This document shows positions 1 through 8,580 of a DNA stretch of 47,111 nt, in pieces. Origin of the DNA: a virus (lineage: Duplodnaviria > Caudoviricetes); IMG/VR virus record IMGVR_UViG_3300033148_002673, positions 1 to 47,111 of that record, one strand, 5' to 3'. Below the pieces are notes generated by a model. The model saw only the letters and a program-made list of their open reading frames with translations. It did no database searches and had not been told where the DNA came from. Position numbers and translations under genes: made by a program. Within the stretch, counting starts at the first letter, position 1. Each line of letters opens with the position of its first letter.

Positions 1-202
1 CTACTACCCCAGTCCACCCATAATCTCGATGTAACTGAATGCCCATCTCAAGATCAAGGAATATCAGCATTGGCAGCAGCCCCACTAATATCGCTGCGAA
101 GAACTTCAGCTCACCCACCACGAAGATAACAAGGCGCTCTACAATCGGACGCTTCGCCGCCACCTGCGGGGTTTCTTGGTCGTTCTGTGTTTTATCACTC
201 AT
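1..202 (-). CDS. Hypothetical membrane protein, runs off the left edge
   Basis: RBS GAGGA then ATG at 202; frame open to position 1 (MSDKTQNDQETPQVAAKRPIVERLVIFVVGELKFFAAILVGLL...); hydrophobic stretch; not in ORF track. Confidence 0.6.
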   Translation of the reverse strand, partial: MSDKTQNDQETPQVAAKRPIVERLVIFVVGELKFFAAILVGLLPMLIFLDLEMGIQLHRDYGWTGVV

Positions 203-247
203 AATTTAATTCCTCGTGGCTCACGCCGGTAAGCTCAACGTTAGCTG
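124..247 (-). repeat. attC-like imperfect inverted repeat
   Basis: Minus strand AGCTAAC...GTTATCT with paired inner arms (GCCAC/GTGGC); TAA stop of the 241..429 gene lies in the CTAAC box. Confidence 0.6.
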
Positions 248-429
248 CCGATAAACTGTATGTAGTTGGTTATCACGACCGTCTCAAATCCGTGCTTTTC
301 TTTAAGCCCAGCCTCAAGTTCCCTGATGTCATGAATATCATCAATCCCCCTACTAACTGTGACATCTACATTGCCGTCACCCTGGATTCCATTTTCACAA
401 AAAGTGTAATGAATAAAGAAAGTTTTCAT
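241..429 (-). CDS. Hypothetical protein (cassette-like, between two attC-like sites)
   Basis: GGAGG RBS before ATG at 429; 62 aa. Confidence 0.75.
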   Translation of the reverse strand: MKTFFIHYTFCENGIQGDGNVDVTVSRGIDDIHDIRELEAGLKEKHGFETVVITNYIQFIGS

Positions 430-439
430 ATCAGCCTCC

Positions 440-530
440 GCAGCTAACAAGTAATTTAAAATCTAGCCGTTATAGTGCGCGGCTCCGCACGTAGGCCAGT
501 AGCGGCCAAATTAGTTAAGCGTTATGTTGC
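440..530 (-). repeat. attC-like imperfect inverted repeat
   Basis: Minus strand ACATAAC...GTTAGCT; inner stems GCCGTTAT/GTAGCGGC and GTGCG/CGCAC; stop of the 522..740 gene lies in the TAAC box. Confidence 0.6.
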
Positions 531-740
531 ATGCATATCCATCGCTTCATTGTGCGGGTTTACGTTTGGCTCGGTTACATCGGCATTATTCCGAATGTCT
601 GCCCATGACCATGACGGATCTGCTCCATCTACATGCAAGTTAAAATGTATCTCTCCGGCAGGCAGCTCAGGGTGTCCAGTCTCTCGCAAAATGAACTCTA
701 TCTTTTCAGCAATCAGTCTCTTTTCTCTCAAAGAAAACAT
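522..740 (-). CDS. Hypothetical protein
   Basis: 72-aa ORF with GGAG RBS in the leftward early operon. Confidence 0.75.
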   Translation of the reverse strand: MFSLREKRLIAEKIEFILRETGHPELPAGEIHFNLHVDGADPSWSWADIRNNADVTEPNVNPHNEAMDMHAT

Positions 741-813
741 AACAAGTATCTCCAGTTATTAGTCCACAACCCCACATCTGGGTCGTCATTCGGCATCACT
801 CTTCACCCTCTCA

Positions 814-1080
814 TCAATCAATCTCTGTAACCGCCGCCTGTTCAGAATATTCGCCTATAAGACTCATAACGCTCCTAGCTTCATCAGTCAAACACTCTTC
901 ATCTGTAATAGCCTGTAGCTGCATTGCGAAAGAGCCTGGGGCGTTATCCCACTTACCTACACTCTCAGCAAAACGATTAAAGAACTGAGCCTGCGTATCC
1001 GAATGAGCCGCGGCTAATTCTTCCGCTACCATCTCAATGGTTAAATCAATAATTCTGTCATCTACAATAACCTTCATCAT
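814..1080 (-). CDS. Hypothetical protein
   Basis: 88-aa ORF overlapping the stop of the upstream gene. Confidence 0.75.
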   Translation of the reverse strand: MMKVIVDDRIIDLTIEMVAEELAAAHSDTQAQFFNRFAESVGKWDNAPGSFAMQLQAITDEECLTDEARSVMSLIGEYSEQAAVTEID

Positions 1081-1451
1081 TTATCTCCTAATCTCTCTTT
1101 AATCAATCTCTGCAATCTCTGTCGATACATTGGGTATGACTCATTGCCTTGCGCATCAGGCCAGCCGTTGCGCCTTGCCCATCCAGGTAGTTGATCATCA
1201 ACCCTTGGCATAATCTCCCATTCTTCCTTTTGCCTTGGTTGCTCGATTATCTCATCTTCCCAGCGTTCTTGATTGAGATATGTCGCAGCATTGGGAATGT
1301 AAGCCTTCTCTGTGTCGTTGTATCGGCCTTTTTTGATATCGGCGTATGCAACTCTTTTCTTTTCCAGCACAAGACGCTCCCACGCCCTCTGAGCGGGTAC
1401 TTTTGCCATCTTCTTGGGGTAGATTTCCCAGAAGTGATCGAAGTCACTCAT
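1077..1451 (-). CDS. Stand-alone C-terminal domain of phage replication initiator-like proteins
   Basis: MSDFDHFWEIYPKK...AQRAW...YIPNAATYLNQERWEDE resembles the C-terminal motif of phage replisome organisers; no N-terminal wHTH. Confidence 0.65.
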   Translation of the reverse strand: MSDFDHFWEIYPKKMAKVPAQRAWERLVLEKKRVAYADIKKGRYNDTEKAYIPNAATYLNQERWEDEIIEQPRQKEEWEIMPRVDDQLPGWARRNGWPDAQGNESYPMYRQRLQRLIKERLGDK

Positions 1452-2058
1452 CTTCGTCATCTGGCTCAAGATCGGATAAGAATTTATCTTTGTCCGGCAA
1501 GCAGTCAAGCTGATATGTTTTTATCAACTTAACCGGCTCATAGCCATTCGCTATCTCTAGGATGGGATCGCTACTTAAAAATCTTCCTTCCGTTATTGGA
1601 GATTTATTAAACCCCTTATAAACCTCAAGAACACGAGAATCCAAGTCAATAATGTAGGCATATTCACAGCTCAATGAGTCCCCAGCAAATCCTATAGAAT
1701 TGCGAAGTAGGATTTCACCGTCTTCCGAGTTTGCTACAGAATCCAAGATGCCAGCACCTAAATCTCTAGTCATATAACTTCTAAACCATCTCTTTTGCTC
1801 GTCAGTCCTATTATCTGGATCACTTGACCATTCTGGTGCATTTTGCTCATATTCGTCAATAAATTGCTTGTCCACTCCATCAGGTTCTAAAAATCTCGCC
1901 TTATTTAATGAGTTATGTAATTTATTTACATTCTTATCAGCGGAAAGAAAATCCAAAACCTCAACCCCTTGCCCGGATGGATATCCATCCCACTGACCAT
2001 ATTGAGCAATCTTATAATCCTCGCCGCTTGCAACCGCAATTAAATGTCGCGTTCCCAT
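1444..2058 (-). CDS. Conserved-type phage hypothetical protein
   Basis: 204 aa; MGTR...QYGQWDGYP...EYAYIID pattern; GGAG RBS. Confidence 0.8.
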   Translation of the reverse strand: MGTRHLIAVASGEDYKIAQYGQWDGYPSGQGVEVLDFLSADKNVNKLHNSLNKARFLEPDGVDKQFIDEYEQNAPEWSSDPDNRTDEQKRWFRSYMTRDLGAGILDSVANSEDGEILLRNSIGFAGDSLSCEYAYIIDLDSRVLEVYKGFNKSPITEGRFLSSDPILEIANGYEPVKLIKTYQLDCLPDKDKFLSDLEPDDEDE

Positions 2059-2163
2059 CTCTTTTCTCCGCTTCGTTATTAACTGTGATTAATAGTAAGC
2101 CAATAATTATCGGTGGTCAACAATTAATTTGCGTTAATTATTAATTCTGCTAAAATGATTCGC

Positions 2164-2349
2164 ATGGACATTACAAAAATCAGAAGTAAAGAAAAGATGA
2201 TCAAGTTCTTCGGTGGCGCAAAAGATGCTTATACCGCTTATGGTTGTTCGCATCCTGGACTATGCCAGATGCCGGATAAGCTGGACAATAAACGGCATGA
2301 TAGGTTTGTTGGTGCCGCTGTTAGGCTTGGACTTATAAAGATTAAATAA
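2164..2349 (+). CDS. Cro-like small HTH regulator
   Basis: KEKMIKFFGG...DRFVGAAVRLG resembles Cro-family; first gene right of the divergent region; TTGCGT-16-TAAAAT promoter places the TSS at about ATG 2164. Confidence 0.55.
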   Translation: MDITKIRSKEKMIKFFGGAKDAYTAYGCSHPGLCQMPDKLDNKRHDRFVGAAVRLGLIKIK

Positions 2350-2495
2350 TTTGATGATGGCTCTGGCTGAGTCATAGCGAGACAATCGCTCAATATAAGG
2401 TCGCGCTAGGTAGTTGGTTTGAGCAATTCTAGATGAATCGACCCAGTACATGCGCCAGGGAGTCGCAACCCTAAGCTAGAGTCATCTTCAAATTA
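2347..2495 (+). ncRNA. Candidate structured ncRNA
   Basis: ~20-bp closing stem AATTTGATGATGGCTCTGGCT/AGCTAGAGTCATCTTCAAATT with G-U pairs, plus internal hairpins. Confidence 0.45.
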
Positions 2496-2518
2496 CATGA
2501 TATAATATACTTAACACG

Positions 2519-2563
2519 GCCTCCGCCAATGGATCGGGACGATCTACGCGGAGGTTTTTTATT
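2519..2563 (+). terminator. Intrinsic terminator closing a short transcript
   Basis: GCCTCCGC...GCGGAGGT followed by T-tract; TGA-TATAAT just upstream (TATAAT at 2501-2506). Confidence 0.6.
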
Positions 2564-2650
2564 GCCTGCTATAAATACATTTCTGTTAGGAATATGTCGT
2601 TCGTGATTGGAATATGACATTCGCATCGAAAAGCATTATTATAGATTCCA

Positions 2651-2720
2651 GAAACAAGAAGGGCCGTCCGATTGGACAGCCCTTGAAAGGTAAACGGTTT
2701 AGACGGCCCCACCTTTCATT
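2651..2720 (-). ncRNA. Candidate antisense small RNA
   Basis: Minus-strand promoter TTGATT(2756-2751)-18-TATAAT(2732-2727); two hairpins, the last followed by a U-rich tail. Confidence 0.55.
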
Positions 2721-2762
2721 AAGCAGATTATAGTTCATATCGCACCGCTTAATCAACAAATG

Positions 2763-3031
2763 CCTCCATGATACCCGTCAAAAGCTCCAAGACGGCTAGA
2801 ATACACACAATATGGTGATACGGTGTTTTCAAAGGTTAAACCGCAACTCAAACCTCATGCCGACAGGCTCTAAATCGTAATCCATCAGCATAGATGTAAA
2901 AACATTACCCAGAAGGCGCTGGGAAACGAGCTTCGGCGGGAATACTAAATCAAATGCTAGTGTGGCACTTAGGCGGGTATCGGGACAGCGTTAATATATA
3001 GATGTTGGTTATATCACCTACTGTCTGGAGG
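2763..3031 (+). ncRNA. Candidate large structured RNA / origin region
   Basis: No ORF of 60 aa or more; long-range helices 2763-2768/3026-3031, 2769-2779/2972-2982, 2984-2988/3021-3025. Confidence 0.45.
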
Positions 3032-3096
3032 ATGGTATTGCCTAAAGAAAGTGAGCCCATGAAATCGGTTTAATTTAAGTCTAGTGAAAATAAGTG

Positions 3097-3125
3097 TTGA
3101 CCTCGATAGTTAAGTAGGCTAAAGT
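3097..3125 (+). promoter_or_regulatory. sigma70-type promoter of the rightward early operon
   Basis: TTGACC-17-TAAAGT upstream of the gene at 3162. Confidence 0.5.
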
Positions 3126-3161
3126 CTGCATTGTGAATTACTTGATATGGAGAGTTAGAAA

Positions 3162-3539
3162 ATGAGGGGCGCTGATGAGTATTACGATTTATTTAAAGGG
3201 AAGTCTGAGCAGATTGGGAGGTTGTTTTTCCAGCCGCACACTCACGCCAGAGGTAAATGCTTCGAAATATTTGTGATTCCTGACGGCATTGAGGTTGTGG
3301 GTAGCACAATAGATGGGGCGAATGGATCTGTTGAGGTGTATGGCGTGACTGGAGGGCAAAGAGGCTGGACAGAGACTTATGGCTGGATACATAAAGGAAA
3401 ATGGCAGGAGGATTTTGAGTCCATCATTAACATGAAAAGGGGTGAGGCGAAAGATCGCTTAACAGCTATCGAATTAAAGAAGGAATCAACCAAGACGAAG
3501 AACACGGAAAGAACAACCGAGCTGCTTTCTTCGTATTAA
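3162..3539 (+). CDS. Hypothetical protein
   Basis: 125 aa, GGAG RBS. Confidence 0.8.
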   Translation: MRGADEYYDLFKGKSEQIGRLFFQPHTHARGKCFEIFVIPDGIEVVGSTIDGANGSVEVYGVTGGQRGWTETYGWIHKGKWQEDFESIINMKRGEAKDRLTAIELKKESTKTKNTERTTELLSSY

Positions 3540-3583
3540 TACGTGGCTAATTTGAATCAAAAATTGATATGGAGCGTTACAAA

Positions 3584-3697
3584 ATGAAACATAAGAAAAA
3601 GTTTGATCCCCTCTGGGATATCCCTGAAACCATAACAATGATTGTGCTGGCTGTTGCGGCATTTGTCGTTATTGGCAACGAGTGGTGGCCTCAATGA
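3584..3697 (+). CDS. Small membrane protein
   Basis: 37 aa MKHKKKFDPLWDIPETITMIVLAVAAFVVIGNEWWPQ; GGAG RBS; ATGA overlap with next gene. Confidence 0.6.
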   Translation: MKHKKKFDPLWDIPETITMIVLAVAAFVVIGNEWWPQ

Positions 3698-4149
3698 GTG
3701 ATATTAAAGAAAAGTTCACGCCAGAGACGCATCAAACAGCATGCGGTGAAAAGTGGCTAATCATGGATATTGATTTAGGCGTATCAATGGAAATGATTAT
3801 TAAAACAAAAGAGCCAAGCTGCTCCGGTGATTTTATCTTATGGATAGACGGTAAAGGCCATGCCAGAAATAGAGGTGGACACCACTGGGAGAGTTACGAC
3901 CTAATCCCCATAACCCACAAGCCAGTAGACCTGCCCACTGATCTTCGTGATGAGATTAAGTATGTGGCTATGGAGTGTGGCGGAATCTGGTATGGGTACT
4001 CCGCCATGCCGGAAACAGGCACAACATTAAAATGGAGGTTTGGAAACAGGGCGTGGGCGATTATGTGCCACAACATACCAAAAGACCATGCGGGGTGGGA
4101 GAACAGCCTGCATATCAGGACTAAGGATGGATGGGAGAGAGCGCTATGA
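3694..4149 (+). CDS. Hypothetical protein
   Basis: ORF coupled by ATGA overlaps on both sides. Confidence 0.75.
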   Translation: MSDIKEKFTPETHQTACGEKWLIMDIDLGVSMEMIIKTKEPSCSGDFILWIDGKGHARNRGGHHWESYDLIPITHKPVDLPTDLRDEIKYVAMECGGIWYGYSAMPETGTTLKWRFGNRAWAIMCHNIPKDHAGWENSLHIRTKDGWERAL

Positions 4150-4709
4150 GCGAACTAGACCAACGCCAACAGGTAATACTGGAATCATGGAAGCGCGGCG
4201 AATTAGTAAAAGGCCACAGCGTTGAGATTGGTATAGAAAGCGCCATGATGGATGCGGTATCTGTTGGTAACAACGCCTCAGTTATTTACAGGCTGATGTG
4301 CGCAGATAAGCCAGCCATTCAACCAATAGATGTTCTGGATTCAGCAATTAAGCTGGTGGCGCGCGAAATTGCCGCCAGACAGATGGGCTACCCATACCTT
4401 ATGGATGCCGAAGAAGCAGAGAAAAGCCAAGCGGCACCTATTGAAGATTTTGTAGTACGCATTAAATCTACCACTGAGGCGAAACTTATTTACTCCGTTG
4501 AGGGTGAAGATATCGAGGTCATCGTAGATATGGAGGCTGAATATGATGAGGGAGAAGAGATGTCCTTTGAGCGACAAGGTATGCCGAAACGAGCAGAGAT
4601 TATCAATGTGTTTGGCCTGAGCATTGCCGAACAGCACGAATACGATAAATGGATGCTTGAGAACGATATTGAGCCGGAATTAATCAAAGTATTTGAGGGG
4701 AGAGAATAA
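4146..4709 (+). CDS. Hypothetical acidic protein
   Basis: ORF starting MSELDQ, overlapping both neighbours. Confidence 0.75.
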   Translation: MSELDQRQQVILESWKRGELVKGHSVEIGIESAMMDAVSVGNNASVIYRLMCADKPAIQPIDVLDSAIKLVAREIAARQMGYPYLMDAEEAEKSQAAPIEDFVVRIKSTTEAKLIYSVEGEDIEVIVDMEAEYDEGEEMSFERQGMPKRAEIINVFGLSIAEQHEYDKWMLENDIEPELIKVFEGRE

Positions 4710-5530
4710 TGGATAATTTGGAAATATGGGATGGAGTAGAGAAAACAGACCCAAAATTCACCAAGGATTATAAAGGGCCTGGCGGGTTTACTGGGACCGC
4801 CGTTAATCCTATGTATATCACCAAAAAATGTACTGAGATATTCGGCCCTGTTGGCATCGGGTGGGGTTATGAAATCCTTGAGGAGCGTTTTGATACTGGA
4901 GGTCAAATCGGTGTTGATGCGGATGGCGTATCAATCAGATCTCAGTCACATACAATTTACCTGAAATTGTGGTACATGATTGATGAGGTAAAAGGTGAGC
5001 TCACCCATTTCGGGCACACGCCATACATTACTTTCTCAAAAAAGTGGGGGGTAATGACTGATCCAGAGGCACCAAAGAAATCCCTCACAGACGCTATTGG
5101 CAAGTGCCTCTCAATGCTTGGCTTCGCATCCGATGTGTTTATGGGCATGTATGACGACATTAACTATCTGGAGACCGTCAGGCTTGAATCAGACATAGAT
5201 CGGGCGGATAACGCTGATGAAGCGGTAATAGAGAAGCGTACAGAGTTTGGTGATTGGGCTAGGAAAGAGCTTGAGTCATACCCTATTGTTCCGAATGTCG
5301 CCGCTCTAAAGCTGATGCACGATCATCATATCAAGAAAGTTGATCGCCAATGCCGTGTTCTTGGCATTGATGTTAATAAAGGAAGGAAGCCGTTTGATGA
5401 CGCTTTCAGTAAGCGAATGGATGATATTGCCACTTTCGAGATGGCGTGTCCTGAGTGCGGCACTGCTAAAACCGGAAAGGTTGGCGATATGTGTGGCGAA
5501 GATGGTTGTGACGGCAAATTAATTAAATAG
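4709..5530 (+). CDS. Rad52/Sak-like single-strand annealing (recombination) protein with C-terminal Cys-rich ribbon
   Basis: NLEIW...KTDPKFTK...FGPVGIGWG...EAPKKSLTDAIGKCLSMLGF..DVFMG pattern; CPEC...CGEDGC tail. Confidence 0.65.
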   Translation: MDNLEIWDGVEKTDPKFTKDYKGPGGFTGTAVNPMYITKKCTEIFGPVGIGWGYEILEERFDTGGQIGVDADGVSIRSQSHTIYLKLWYMIDEVKGELTHFGHTPYITFSKKWGVMTDPEAPKKSLTDAIGKCLSMLGFASDVFMGMYDDINYLETVRLESDIDRADNADEAVIEKRTEFGDWARKELESYPIVPNVAALKLMHDHHIKKVDRQCRVLGIDVNKGRKPFDDAFSKRMDDIATFEMACPECGTAKTGKVGDMCGEDGCDGKLIK

Positions 5531-5542
5531 GAGAATAAGTAA

Positions 5543-6655
5543 ATGTCTAATATCAAAGATGATGTAAATGTAGAGGAAGAAACGGTAAACATAGCGATCT
5601 TCAATCAAACTGATGCGGCGCTGGAAATGCTAAAAGAGAAATACAGCGTTGTTCCAAGCACTGACACCAAAGAGGGTTATGAGCTTGTTAAATCAGCATG
5701 TAGCGATCTTGTCTCTCGGAGAACGTCTCTAGAGGATGCTCGCAAGAAGGCTAAGCAGCCATATCTTGATGGAGGCAGGATTATTGACAAAGAGGCGAAG
5801 CGCATTACAGTTGCCTTGGTTGAGCTGGAAGATCCTATGAAGGCCGCTAAAAAGCTGGTTGATGATAGGGAAAAGCGAGAGAAGGAAGAGCGCCTTGCTC
5901 GACTTCGTGAAAAGATCGCCGGTATCCGTGGGTTTGTCGGTAAGGCCAGAGGGCTGGAGAGTGCAGAGGTTGCCAAGCTCATTGAGGAGGTTGATGCGAT
6001 CGACTGCTCAAAAGACTTCTACGACCTATCAGTAGAAGCAGCAGAGGCCAGAACCGAGACCCTTACCTATCTCAATGAGATTTATTCTGAGCGCCTTCAG
6101 TTTGAAATTTCAGAGAAGGAACGTAAAGAGCTTGAAGAGCGCCAGAAGGAAGATGAGCGAAAGCGCCTGATTGAGAACAAACTAAACGATCTCAAGATGA
6201 TTCCAATTAACTTCATGGGTAAATCATCCAAAGAGATTGGCGAGAAACTAGAGGCGCTAAGTGGCTGGGAGCCAAAAGAAGAGCAGTTCGGTGAACTCCA
6301 CGCCGAGGCAGTTGAGGCGCTAAATATTGTCATCCAGCAGCTTGAGCAGGCGAAAACCGGAGCAGAGGTTATTGAAAAGGCCGCTGAAGATGAAAGGAAA
6401 GCAGAGGCTGCGCGTCTTCAGCAGATTGCAGATGATCGCCGTGAAGCTGAGCAGGCTCAAAAAACTGAGCCAGCAGATGAGTTGGTAGATAAGCCGGTTG
6501 CTGATGCAGCAAAGCAAGAGCCTACAGAGGAGGAAATTATCACCAGGTTCTTAGCAGGATTCGAGGAGCTAAACCCTGCTCAAGCAACGGCGATTGCTGA
6601 GGTGATTATGGGTGACGGCGTGCCGGGCGTAACAATTACAGTAACCAAGGAGTAG
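5543..6655 (+). CDS. Coiled-coil protein next to the recombinase (DUF1351/Gam-like region)
   Basis: 370 aa, E/K/R/A-rich helical sequence; typical position. Confidence 0.6.
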   Translation: MSNIKDDVNVEEETVNIAIFNQTDAALEMLKEKYSVVPSTDTKEGYELVKSACSDLVSRRTSLEDARKKAKQPYLDGGRIIDKEAKRITVALVELEDPMKAAKKLVDDREKREKEERLARLREKIAGIRGFVGKARGLESAEVAKLIEEVDAIDCSKDFYDLSVEAAEARTETLTYLNEIYSERLQFEISEKERKELEERQKEDERKRLIENKLNDLKMIPINFMGKSSKEIGEKLEALSGWEPKEEQFGELHAEAVEALNIVIQQLEQAKTGAEVIEKAAEDERKAEAARLQQIADDRREAEQAQKTEPADELVDKPVADAAKQEPTEEEIITRFLAGFEELNPAQATAIAEVIMGDGVPGVTITVTKE

Positions 6656-6659
6656 GACA

Positions 6660-6854
6660 ATTCTTATATTAACTCGCAGAATTTCAGAAAAACTCATCAT
6701 CGATCTTGGTGATGGGCGGATCGTTGAGGTGGTGCCTTTAGGGATAAAAGGCAATCAAGTGAAAATTGGTATTGAGGCCGATAAGGATATTGGTGTTCAT
6801 AGACTTGAGATTTTTGAAAAAATCCAGAAGGAGAAAAGTAATGGAAGAAATTAA
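6660..6854 (+). CDS. csrA: Carbon storage regulator CsrA/RsmA homolog (ATT start)
   Basis: [56 protein letters not shown] aligns to CsrA MLILTRRVGE...GVKGNQVRIGV.APKEVSVHREEIY; AAGGAG 7 nt before ATT. Confidence 0.85.
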   Translation: MLILTRRISEKLIIDLGDGRIVEVVPLGIKGNQVKIGIEADKDIGVHRLEIFEKIQKEKSNGRN

Positions 6855-7242
6855 GCAAAATGGCAACGCCACACGCCAAAACTGGAATTCACCAGAATCT
6901 ACGCCCGTTGTCCCTATCGGCACAGAAAAGCAATACTGGATCGCCATCAAAACTAGCGAAGGAAAGGAGTGCGTCTTTATTGCTCATTATCAGAATCGCC
7001 CATTAGCTGATGAGGGGGATGATGAGGCTTATGAACTCATTGACCTTGATGGTGAACCGATCGAATCGGTTGGATGGGTGGATTGTAAAGAGCATTCGGA
7101 ATTTGACAACTACTACACCCCAATCTCATTCAATGAGCATTATGAGTTGCTGGGATGGGCTGAATGCATAGCGCCCACCTGGAATGTATGTGATTCAGGA
7201 GAGAATGATGATATTAGAAAAGCCGCCAAAAGAAGATCTTGA
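6841..7242 (+). CDS. Hypothetical protein
   Basis: AAGGAG RBS before ATG at 6841. Confidence 0.75.
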   Translation: MEEIKQNGNATRQNWNSPESTPVVPIGTEKQYWIAIKTSEGKECVFIAHYQNRPLADEGDDEAYELIDLDGEPIESVGWVDCKEHSEFDNYYTPISFNEHYELLGWAECIAPTWNVCDSGENDDIRKAAKRRS

Positions 7243-7777
7243 GCGCATGGAGCTGGATGGCATGACCAAAACGGATATTGCCAATCACTACAATGTTTCG
7301 CGCGGAACAATATCACGCTGGCGCATTTATTATGGGCTGGTTCGCACATTTGAAAAACGACCGAGCAAAGAGCAGATTGAGGCGTGTATCGATGAAGGCA
7401 TGATGACAAAAGAAATCGCCATTAAATATGGGATTTGTGCCAGCACCGTATCAATGCTTATGACTGCATTTGAGATTAAGTGTGCGCGAACTAGGGCGCA
7501 GGAGGCGCGGCATAAAAAAGTGATAGAAGCCATCAAAACCCCCGCGACCCTTAGCGATATATCAAAAGCAACAGGGATAGAGATCGGCGCATTATCTTCG
7601 TACCTCGACCGCCTCAAACAAAAAGGAGAGGCGGCAATAGTTGGCGAGTGCGGATTATGGGGAATTCCAGAAGAGGCCGAAGAGGTAAAGCCGGTTTCTA
7701 CCAATATTTTCATGGCGGCGGTTAATGCGCCCCAATTTGTGGGCATGATAGAGCATCAACAGCAAGTGAGGATTTGA
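7205..7777 (+). CDS. Multi-HTH DNA-binding protein
   Basis: Three HTH-like segments: TKTDIANHYNVSRGTISRW, TKEIAIKYGICASTVS, TLSDISKATGIEIGALSSYL. Confidence 0.7.
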   Translation: MMILEKPPKEDLERMELDGMTKTDIANHYNVSRGTISRWRIYYGLVRTFEKRPSKEQIEACIDEGMMTKEIAIKYGICASTVSMLMTAFEIKCARTRAQEARHKKVIEAIKTPATLSDISKATGIEIGALSSYLDRLKQKGEAAIVGECGLWGIPEEAEEVKPVSTNIFMAAVNAPQFVGMIEHQQQVRI

Positions 7778-7778
7778 A

Positions 7779-8381
7779 ATGACTATTTATGCGCAAGGCG
7801 TTGAATTTGAATTGGTAGAGTGCTGCGCGTGCTCCGCCCCAATGATGATGACCGCCCACATGAATAAACGTCTTAGAAAAACTAAAGGAGATTTTTATTG
7901 TGTCGCCTGCGGCCAAGTTCAAGGCTGGTATGGGAAAAACAAAGAGGAGAAAGAGCGCGACCAACTCAAGCGACAACTGGATAATCGTGACCATCAGCTC
8001 CAGGCGGAAACAGATCGCAGAAGGTTGGCAGAATCTCAAGAGCAACATGCTAAGAATCAGGTCAGGGCTCAGAAGGCAGCAAAGACTAAGCTCAAGAAAC
8101 GGATCCACAATGGTGTATGTCCTTGCTGCACTCGCACCTTTGCCAATCTTCAGCGTCATATGAAAAGCCAGCATCCGAGTTATGCCGATGGTGGCAGCCA
8201 GGCCGAGGTGATCACATTCAAGGTGGTGCGCGAGAATCTTGGACTCACTCAAGTTCAGGTTGCCAACGAATGCAGAACGATGCCTAGTTATGTGTCTATG
8301 TATGAGCGGGACAAACCATGCCCAGCAGATGCAAGAGCGTCGATCGAGAAATGGTTTAACGAAAAGACCGAGACCGCATAA
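7779..8381 (+). CDS. Zn-finger / coiled-coil / XRE-HTH protein
   Basis: CxxC pairs, CPCC...H..SQH finger, C-terminal RENLGLTQVQVANEC...YVSMYE HTH. Confidence 0.7.
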   Translation: MTIYAQGVEFELVECCACSAPMMMTAHMNKRLRKTKGDFYCVACGQVQGWYGKNKEEKERDQLKRQLDNRDHQLQAETDRRRLAESQEQHAKNQVRAQKAAKTKLKKRIHNGVCPCCTRTFANLQRHMKSQHPSYADGGSQAEVITFKVVRENLGLTQVQVANECRTMPSYVSMYERDKPCPADARASIEKWFNEKTETA

Positions 8382-8415
8382 TGACCGACAGTGAATCATT
8401 CAAAGAGGTGGAGTA

Positions 8416-8580
8416 ATGGCTAAAAAGAAACACTTTCACGAACTAACCCCCAAAGAGATCAAAGAGATCCGCGAGCTGGTTATTAAATGCGGAGATAGAA
8501 ACAGGGTTGCCAGGTTGTTAAATGTATCGATCAAAGCGGTTGATATGGCTATGGGGCATACGTTCCAAGGGGTGGAGTGA
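8416..8580 (+). CDS. Small HTH-like protein
   Basis: 54 aa with LTPKEIKEIREL...RNRVARLLNVSIKAV; GAGGTGGAG RBS; below ORF-track cutoff. Confidence 0.6.
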   Translation: MAKKKHFHELTPKEIKEIRELVIKCGDRNRVARLLNVSIKAVDMAMGHTFQGVE

